Shown: positions 57,429 through 64,000 of the stretch, one piece after another
How positions within the stretch are numbered: the stretch's first letter is position 1
Layout: every line of letters starts with the position of its first letter
Origin: a virus
Strand: one strand, 5' to 3'
Length of the DNA stretch: 64,000 bases
IMG/VR virus record: IMGVR_UViG_3300023179_000013
Span: 104,947-168,946 of that record
Made by a program: the position numbers and the translations under genes
Notes under the pieces: generated by a model
The model's input: the letters and a program-made list of their open reading frames with translations, nothing else
What the model was told of the DNA's origin: nothing
Databases searched by the model: none

Positions 57429-58858
57429 GAAAACTACTAACCATATTATTACTATTCCCACTATTGGTATTTGGGCAGTCTATTACTGCACCACCAGGTA
57501 GAACCTACCAGGTGAATGTTAGTGGACAAGACGCTAGTGGATTTGTGATTAGTGGTTTTACTACAGAAACATTATTAACATCAATTGGTTTTGTTAACCC
57601 ACCAGCAGGTGTAACATTTAGTGTTACTACAACTACTGGTTTAACATTTGCTACTGGTTATAGCTCTTGGACAAACCAAACACGTTTAAGTTTTACAGGT
57701 ACTCAAGCTAATGTGAATAACGCTTTAGCATCATTGAAAGTAAATACAGGTGCTACTACAGGTAATGTTCAAATATCAATATCAACAACAGTAAACCCAT
57801 CAGGTTACTATTACAATGCTATTAATGGTCACTTTTATTTACCTGTATCAACGGGCCAGTATTACACAACAGCTAGATCATTAGCCACTCAACAAACATT
57901 TAAAGGACAAACAGGTTATCTTGTAACAGTTACTTCGGCAAATGAAGAAAATTTCATTATTGCTAATGTACCACAAAGTAATATTTGGATCGCGTTAACG
58001 GATGAAGTAACAGAAGGATATTGGAAAATAGATGCTGGACCTGAAGCAGGTACTTTAATTAAAACATCTAATGGGCAAACAACGGGTAATATAGCAGGCC
58101 AATATAATAACTGGTGTGGCGGCGAACCTAATAACTCTGGTAATGAAGACTATGCTGTAACTAAATGGAGTGGAGGTTCATGTTGGAATGACTTACCTAA
58201 TACATACGCTTGCGCTTATATAGTTGAATTTGGTACTTGGTCTAATCCAGCAGATGCTACATTTACAGGTTTTTATACAGCTAATACTACTAATACAGTA
58301 GCAATAACTAATAAATTAAGTGGAACAGTAACTGTACCAACATTAACGTCATATCCAGTACTTACATTATATAAAGTAGTGAATGGAGTTGAAACATTAG
58401 TTGATTATAAGACAGTAGCATCAAATGGTACTTATACATTTGTATTACCAAATCAAAATACAACTTATAAATTAGTACCATCATTAACAGTACAAGGTGT
58501 AACATCGACTGATTTTAATTTGGGTTGGGGTGAAGCACAAAATATAAACACACCTAATAATTTAACACCTGGGTTAGTAATGACAGGAACTAAACAATGG
58601 AAAGCGGCTGATGTAAATCAAAATGGAGTATTAGATTTAGGAGATGCTTTTTTAATTGCGGCTCATATTAGTGGATACAAACCTATAACACAGGTATTAT
58701 GGTTTAATGCTACTGATTATGATTTAATAACCAATTCTAATTTTGCTACAATTACCCCTGTAACATCATTTACAATCAATGTTACAACTAGTGATGTTAC
58801 TCAAAACATCAAATATTGTATATTAGGTGATATTAATTTATCTCATTCGTCGAATTAA
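57425..58858 (+). CDS. Exported C-type lectin with Ig-like and dockerin-like domains
   Basis: Signal peptide FG-Q; WIAL, EPN, WND; ADVNQNGVLDLGD. Confidence 0.75.
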   Translation: MRKLLTILLLFPLLVFGQSITAPPGRTYQVNVSGQDASGFVISGFTTETLLTSIGFVNPPAGVTFSVTTTTGLTFATGYSSWTNQTRLSFTGTQANVNNALASLKVNTGATTGNVQISISTTVNPSGYYYNAINGHFYLPVSTGQYYTTARSLATQQTFKGQTGYLVTVTSANEENFIIANVPQSNIWIALTDEVTEGYWKIDAGPEAGTLIKTSNGQTTGNIAGQYNNWCGGEPNNSGNEDYAVTKWSGGSCWNDLPNTYACAYIVEFGTWSNPADATFTGFYTANTTNTVAITNKLSGTVTVPTLTSYPVLTLYKVVNGVETLVDYKTVASNGTYTFVLPNQNTTYKLVPSLTVQGVTSTDFNLGWGEAQNINTPNNLTPGLVMTGTKQWKAADVNQNGVLDLGDAFLIAAHISGYKPITQVLWFNATDYDLITNSNFATITPVTSFTINVTTSDVTQNIKYCILGDINLSHSSN

Positions 58859-58868
58859 ATAGGTGAGT

Positions 58869-58901
58869 GATTGGGATAACTTGGTTGTCCCAATCCTTTT
58901 T
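58869..58901 (+). terminator. Intrinsic terminator closing the exported-protein operon
   Basis: GATTGGGATAAC/GTTGTCCCAATC stem plus T tail. Confidence 0.75.
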
Positions 58902-58915
58902 CATATCTTGAGGTT

Positions 58916-59380
58916 ATGACGTTACAAGAAAAATTAGCATCATTCACCCCAGCAAAATACAACCAATTTTATTGGTGGCGTCGTTTTAAGGCGCGTGAAA
59001 CGCTCCATCCTTATAAACCACTGTTTGAAAAAATTAAAAACGGTGATTATGAAATGAGTGACTATTTTTACCAACTACAGTGGGAAAAACAATTAACACA
59101 AGAGAAAATATCCACTATTACTAATCTTGATGAAAGACTTGAGGCAACTAAGTTATGTATGGAGCGTCAAAGACGACTTGCTACTGACTATGAAAAGGAT
59201 GAAGAACAAATAATGAAAAATCTTAAAAAAGATTTTAAACAAACATTTGGTACGTCAGAGGAAGAATTAGAACGTTATATGGAACAGTGTGAAGGTACAT
59301 TGATTGATTTATATAATATGGTTAAACAAGACTATATTAAAAAACGTCCTGATAAGGCATTCATATATGAGAAAGATTAA
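58916..59380 (+). CDS. Hypothetical protein
   Basis: ORF. Confidence 0.6.
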   Translation: MTLQEKLASFTPAKYNQFYWWRRFKARETLHPYKPLFEKIKNGDYEMSDYFYQLQWEKQLTQEKISTITNLDERLEATKLCMERQRRLATDYEKDEEQIMKNLKKDFKQTFGTSEEELERYMEQCEGTLIDLYNMVKQDYIKKRPDKAFIYEKD

Positions 59381-59867
59381 GCGATTCATAAAGCGTATTA
59401 AAAATCTAGTTCGTTGGTTTCCAATTATATGGAAGGACCAGGATTGGGACCATCACTTTATTTTTGAGATACTTAAATTCAAACTTAAGAATCAAGCTGA
59501 ATATATTGGTTACCATGATAGACACGTTAGTGCTAAACGCGATGCTGAGATAATGATGCTATGTGTTCGTTTAATTGAAAAGGTACAAAGCGAATATTAC
59601 CAGCTTGAATATATGGACTATCATAAGTCTGATTATAATTGGATAGATAGCGAAAGCTTTCCAGGAATGTATGAGTTACAGATAGTAGAGAAATCAGAGC
59701 GATTTGATGAATATTTTAAGAAGTACCCACTTATTTATAGATGTGTTCCTGATTTGAATGTTCCTAAAACTGCTATAGCATATTATATAGCACAGACTAA
59801 CCATACTAGAGCACGTAAACTATTATTTAACATACTTGAAAAAAACATTGAAAGATGGTGGGATTAA
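59367..59867 (+). CDS. Hypothetical phage protein
   Basis: WFPIIWKDQDWD...IERWWD; ATG 59367. Confidence 0.6.
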   Translation: MRKIKRFIKRIKNLVRWFPIIWKDQDWDHHFIFEILKFKLKNQAEYIGYHDRHVSAKRDAEIMMLCVRLIEKVQSEYYQLEYMDYHKSDYNWIDSESFPGMYELQIVEKSERFDEYFKKYPLIYRCVPDLNVPKTAIAYYIAQTNHTRARKLLFNILEKNIERWWD

Positions 59868-60010
59868 TTATTTTAGGCATACTGGTGCTAGTGGTATCCT
59901 ATGCTTGGGTTAAAGGTATTTCTGATATGAAAGAAAAACATCCTGAATATAAGGGTGAGGACTTTCTTAATTGGGATGATGATAAAAGCCATACTGAAGG
60001 AGGATTCTAA
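59855..60010 (+). CDS. 51-aa single-TM protein (not in ORF track)
   Basis: N-terminal TM, HPEYKGEDF. Confidence 0.5.
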   Translation: MVGLIILGILVLVVSYAWVKGISDMKEKHPEYKGEDFLNWDDDKSHTEGGF

Positions 60011-60021
60011 AAACAAAATAT

Positions 60022-60279
60022 ATGATACAGTTCATCAAAAACAACTCTAAGTATTTAACTGTAGCTGGGGCATTTAGTTTGCTTGTCATTAGCTATTTTC
60101 AACGTAAAGAAAACGCTAAGTTGCGATTAGATACTAAAGTAAAACAAGCCACTATTGATTCCCTCAATAATGAAATATCTGTTAAGGATATTGATTTGGG
60201 TAGATATGAAGTAATGTGGGGTAGAGTTACAGAATTACATCCGGAGTCTGTAAAGCAAATCGAACATGAGGTTGAATAA
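60022..60279 (+). CDS. TM plus coiled-coil protein
   Basis: N-terminal TM. Confidence 0.5.
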   Translation: MIQFIKNNSKYLTVAGAFSLLVISYFQRKENAKLRLDTKVKQATIDSLNNEISVKDIDLGRYEVMWGRVTELHPESVKQIEHEVE

Positions 60280-60366
60280 ATTTGTCATATTTATTGGTGG
60301 TGCTGCACTGTTAGCCGTATTATTCTATTATTTAGTAGATATATTTAAAACATTAATAGCAAACCA

Positions 60367-60810
60367 ATGATAAAGAAATTCATCCTAACCCTGTGTTTAT
60401 CGTTAATAATCAATATGGCCTCTAGTTTCACTACAGACCCTATTAAAGAGGAAGTGGAAGCATTCATTAATAAATGGTGGAACGTACCTTATGTTTACGG
60501 AGGCACAACAATGCGTGGAATTGATTGTTCAGCATTTACACAACGCTTCTATAAAGAGATATTTGATAAGAAATTACCTCGTACTGCTCGTGAACAATTC
60601 AAATACACTGATAGAATAGATAAGGACAGTTTGCAAATGGGTGATTTAGTATTCTTTAGTAGTAAATTAAGCCCAAGTGGATGGCACGTTGGTGTTTATT
60701 TATGGAATGGTGAATTTGTACATGCCGCTAATAGAAAAGATGATATTAAAATAAGTTACTTATCTGATTCCACTTATCAGAAGTCATTTAAGGGGGCAGG
60801 ACGAATTTAA
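60367..60810 (+). CDS. NlpC/P60 cell-wall peptidase with signal peptide
   Basis: PYVYGG, GIDCSAF, LPRTA, GDLVFF, HVGVY. Confidence 0.9.
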   Translation: MIKKFILTLCLSLIINMASSFTTDPIKEEVEAFINKWWNVPYVYGGTTMRGIDCSAFTQRFYKEIFDKKLPRTAREQFKYTDRIDKDSLQMGDLVFFSSKLSPSGWHVGVYLWNGEFVHAANRKDDIKISYLSDSTYQKSFKGAGRI

Positions 60811-60834
60811 TATATTTAAGTCTAAATAAATGTT

Positions 60835-60954
60835 ATGGATGATTATCAAGGCAAACGACCTAAACAGGTAGAAGACAGTGAAAAAATAGTTACTTGGGCT
60901 CTAATTTGTTTTATTATATCAGTTATAGCTTCGGCTATTGCTAGCTTATTATGA
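60835..60954 (+). CDS. 39-aa TM peptide (not in ORF track)
   Basis: C-terminal TM; ATGA overlap with next gene. Confidence 0.45.
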   Translation: MDDYQGKRPKQVEDSEKIVTWALICFIISVIASAIASLL

Positions 60955-61706
60955 AAACAGTAGTCATAGGAGATATTCACGGGAGATCAATCTGGAAATT
61001 GATTGTCCATATGGAGAACCCGGACAGGGTTATCTTTATAGGTGACTACTTTGATTCATTTGATATCTCAGGTGTTGAACAGATTTATAATTTTAAAGAA
61101 ATAATTGAATATAAAGAAACATCATTCACAAACGTTGGTACCGATACTCAACATAAAACAGAAGTTATTATGTTAATCGGTAATCACGATCATCACTACT
61201 ACCCTGAAATAGGAGATAATGGTACTAGCGGTTATCAAAGAGGAATTGCTCCAAACATTATTCAGGTTATAGATGAAAATAGAAAACATCTACAAATAGC
61301 TTATCAAATGGATGAGTTTCTATTTAGCCACGCTGGTGTTAGTAGTGTGTTTATGGATGAAGTGTTTGGGGTTAATGGTTGGCAAGTAGAAACTCTCACT
61401 GACCAACTCAATGAAATGTTTATGTATCGCCCAGGGGTATTCTCATTTAATGGACTTGACCCTTATGGTGATGATGAATATCAAACACCAATTTGGATTA
61501 GACCTCGTTCATTAATGAGAGCCAATCGCAATACATTACGCACACGATTTATTCAAGTAACAGGCCATACTCAAGTAAATAAACTTGATTTAGCAGGCGC
61601 TCAAAAAGCAGCTGGTGGTAGATATTATTTGATTGATTGTTTAGGAACTAGTGGTGAATACTTGGTTATTCAAGATGGAGATCTTACCGTTGGACAAACA
61701 AGATAA
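60951..61706 (+). CDS. Calcineurin-like metallophosphoesterase
   Basis: GDIHG, GDYFD, GNHD, HAG, GHT. Confidence 0.88.
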   Translation: MKTVVIGDIHGRSIWKLIVHMENPDRVIFIGDYFDSFDISGVEQIYNFKEIIEYKETSFTNVGTDTQHKTEVIMLIGNHDHHYYPEIGDNGTSGYQRGIAPNIIQVIDENRKHLQIAYQMDEFLFSHAGVSSVFMDEVFGVNGWQVETLTDQLNEMFMYRPGVFSFNGLDPYGDDEYQTPIWIRPRSLMRANRNTLRTRFIQVTGHTQVNKLDLAGAQKAAGGRYYLIDCLGTSGEYLVIQDGDLTVGQTR

Positions 61707-61708
61707 GT

Positions 61709-61915
61709 ATGCTAACAGGTAAAAAACAACCTAAACGTAAGGAATTCATTGTGATGAATTCTAAATTAGAATACTTTAGTGGACTAATGTATGGTGGTCA
61801 GTTAGTATGGTGTAGTGATTATAAAGAAGCTAAGCCATTAGATGACGAACGTAAGTTTAAAACACTACAGTATATGTGTTATGGCGAAGAACTCTTATTA
61901 GATTACATATCATGA
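61709..61915 (+). CDS. Hypothetical protein
   Basis: ORF. Confidence 0.5.
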   Translation: MLTGKKQPKRKEFIVMNSKLEYFSGLMYGGQLVWCSDYKEAKPLDDERKFKTLQYMCYGEELLLDYIS

Positions 61916-62136
61916 AATCAACATTAGAAGAACGTTTAGCCGGTTATAAAGCATCATTGCTTGAAAAGATAAAGCGTACTAATTGGGATAATGATGAATG
62001 TGAGTATCAAGGTAAACCTAGGGGACGTAAAGCAAAACCCATAACACGTTTAGAATCACGTCCTAGAACAGCAGGAGAAAAACGAGCTTGGGAGCAACAA
62101 TCATTAACCAAAAAACAAAAATATAACTGGTTCTAA
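61912..62136 (+). CDS. Basic hypothetical protein (AT-hook-like PRGRK)
   Basis: ATG 61912. Confidence 0.5.
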   Translation: MKSTLEERLAGYKASLLEKIKRTNWDNDECEYQGKPRGRKAKPITRLESRPRTAGEKRAWEQQSLTKKQKYNWF

Positions 62137-62137
62137 T

Positions 62138-62500
62138 ATGGAAGATATAAAATCAGGAGCAGAATATGCTCAGCTATTGATAGATGATATTATTGAAGGT
62201 GAGAAGGAATTACCTACTGACCAACAACTGCCAATCAATCTACTTACTTATTGGTGTGAAGAAATTGAAATATATGCTGATAAAACCTGGGTTGATTATA
62301 TAACAGGTAAACGTGAACATTTTTCATTTGATGAAAATGAATTTAGGGGGTTATTTGAAAAAGCAGGAATGCGTTATACAGGTGATATATTAGATGGATT
62401 AGTTGATAAGGAAATGGTGCAAGTGAGTATTAGGGAGGATGGTGAAATAGTTTATAGTGCAACAGATAAAGGAAAAGACGAATTAGGAAGGCAAAGTTAA
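62138..62500 (+). CDS. Acidic protein with winged-helix-like C-terminus
   Basis: LDGLVDKEMV...YSATDKG. Confidence 0.5.
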   Translation: MEDIKSGAEYAQLLIDDIIEGEKELPTDQQLPINLLTYWCEEIEIYADKTWVDYITGKREHFSFDENEFRGLFEKAGMRYTGDILDGLVDKEMVQVSIREDGEIVYSATDKGKDELGRQS

Positions 62501-62513
62501 AGTCATATATTTA
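62483..62513 (+). promoter_or_regulatory. Class-1 promoter
   Basis: TTAG-GAA-GGCAAA-N10-TATATTTA. Confidence 0.55.
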
Positions 62514-62529
62514 TTTTAAATAAAACAGT

Positions 62530-62730
62530 ATGACCAGAAAAACAAGCGCAGAAATACAGTTAAACTGTATAATGATTGAGGAAATAGTTAAAACATTGTT
62601 GATGAAAGGAATAAGTGATAATGAAAATCTGGTTGCCGCTGTAGATAAAGCATTTCAACCTCAAGATGAATGGGAAATGGAAATGTATTCTGAAACTATA
62701 TTATATGCTAAATTTGCTGTCCTAAATTAG
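62530..62730 (+). CDS. Hypothetical protein
   Basis: ORF downstream of a promoter motif. Confidence 0.55.
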   Translation: MTRKTSAEIQLNCIMIEEIVKTLLMKGISDNENLVAAVDKAFQPQDEWEMEMYSETILYAKFAVLN

Positions 62731-62758
62731 GAGGGCAAAGTAAAAAGTTGTAAATTTA
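62727..62758 (+). promoter_or_regulatory. Class-1 promoter
   Basis: TTAG-GAG-GGCAAA-N11-TAAATTTA. Confidence 0.55.
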
Positions 62759-62786
62759 AGTATTAAATAATTAAAAAATCAAGGTT

Positions 62787-63575
62787 ATGTCAAACGAATT
62801 GAACACAAACAGCATGATGTCAAATAATGCACTCACGCTAGATCAAATTAAACAAATTGCTCCTTCAGTATTCACTGAAGCCAAAGCATCTCACCTCACA
62901 GACAAGTATATTCAAACTCCAACATCACGTGTTGTAGAGGACTTGATGAATTTGGGATGGCAAGTAACTAAAGCCCAAGAGGTTAAATCTCGTAAGTATA
63001 AGGGATTCCAAAAACACATCGTTGTATTCCGAAACCCGGACATTATGATTAAGGGTAAAGATGGTGATGATGCGTTTCCTCAGATCCTACTTACCAACTC
63101 ACATGATGGTAAATGTGCATTTAATTTCCGAGTAGGTATCTATCGCTTAGTATGTTCTAATGGATTGGTAATTGCTGATGCTGAATTTAGCGATGTATCT
63201 ATTCGCCACGTGAATTATACATTTGAATCACTACAAGCTAAAGTTGCTGATTTGATCTCTAAATTGCCTGGATTGGTTCAGAAGATTAATCTGTTCAAAT
63301 CAACAACACTGACTGAAGACCAAATGCGTGATTTTGCTACTAAAGCAGCTGCGCTGCGAACTAAAGCACACGTTGATGTAGATGGATTGCTTACCTCAAC
63401 CCGTACACAAGACGAAGGTAGTGACTTGTGGGTTGTATTTAATCGTATTCAAGAGAAACTAGTGGGTGGAGGTTACACCTACAATAGAGGACGTAAAGCA
63501 CGATCAGTGAAATCGTTCCAAAAAGATATTGAACTTAATGAGCAGCTATTCGAGCTGGCTGGTTCTTACCTTTAA
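62787..63575 (+). CDS. DUF932/DUF945-family protein
   Basis: APSVF, ILLTNSHDG, YRLVCSNG, LWVVFNRIQE. Confidence 0.85.
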   Translation: MSNELNTNSMMSNNALTLDQIKQIAPSVFTEAKASHLTDKYIQTPTSRVVEDLMNLGWQVTKAQEVKSRKYKGFQKHIVVFRNPDIMIKGKDGDDAFPQILLTNSHDGKCAFNFRVGIYRLVCSNGLVIADAEFSDVSIRHVNYTFESLQAKVADLISKLPGLVQKINLFKSTTLTEDQMRDFATKAAALRTKAHVDVDGLLTSTRTQDEGSDLWVVFNRIQEKLVGGGYTYNRGRKARSVKSFQKDIELNEQLFELAGSYL

Positions 63576-63642
63576 CCTTTGATTTATAGGAGTTGGGGAC
63601 GTCAAGTCCCCTCTCTTATATTCAATCTGAATAAAATAAATA

Positions 63643-63891
63643 ATGGCGAAAGCAATTCTTGAATTTGATTTAAATGAACATGATGATGTTGAAGCTCATA
63701 AACGAGCTGTTAAATCATTAGATTTAGTTATAGCACTTTGGGATATTGATCAATATCTAAGATCATTACTCAAGTATGGTGATGAATGTAGTATAACAGA
63801 GGAACAGTATAAGATATTAGATGAAACGAGAGAAAAACTTCACGACATATTAAGAGAAAAAAACATATCATTCGACGAACTATTAAGTTAA
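63643..63891 (+). CDS. Hypothetical phage protein
   Basis: AILEFDL...LWDIDQYLR. Confidence 0.6.
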   Translation: MAKAILEFDLNEHDDVEAHKRAVKSLDLVIALWDIDQYLRSLLKYGDECSITEEQYKILDETREKLHDILREKNISFDELLS

Positions 63892-63895
63892 ATTT

Positions 63896-64000
63896 ATGGC
63901 ATATAGCAGATGGAGTAACAGTTATTGGTATACATTTTGGAGTGGCAATTCAGCTAAAACCAAATTCAAATGGCCAACTAAAAAACTTAAACGAAAACAG
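63896..64000 (+). CDS. Hypothetical protein, 3' truncated by the window
   Basis: MAYSRWSNSYWY open to window end. Confidence 0.45.
   Translation, partial: MAYSRWSNSYWYTFWSGNSAKTKFKWPTKKLKRKQ

Overview
AT-rich, gene-dense 64 kb segment, essentially all on the + strand, best read as part of a large T4-like (jumbo-class) phage of a Bacteroidota host. Phage evidence: family B polymerase, sliding clamp, two clamp-loader subunits, class II RNR, many orphan ORFs. Host evidence: TTTG-N19-21-TAnnTTT promoters, a DUF4494-like gene, a T9SS C-terminal domain, and signal peptides followed by Gln. Main blocks: (1) 2.4-8.4 kb, a 7-deazaguanine (preQ0) pathway (queD, TGT/DpdA-like, queC, queE, folE); (2) 9.9-20.7 kb, replication genes plus hsp20/groES/groEL; (3) 21-46.5 kb, a 25 kb nucleotide-sugar and glycosyltransferase island; (4) 46.5-51.4 kb, ClpP, two UVR-motif paralogs, five tRNAs, two non-canonical tRNA-like RNAs and a tmRNA with a long tag; (5) 51.5-58.9 kb, an exported-protein operon (CsgG-like proteins, a cohesin/dockerin T9SS cargo, a dockerin-bearing C-type lectin, a beta-barrel-like protein, a nuclease); (6) small orphan genes. 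The best candidates for new biology are block 5, the odd tRNA-like RNAs, the tmRNA/Smr/ClpP/degron set, and an inverted repeat bracketing hsp20. All calls come from motifs recognised by eye; no searches were run.
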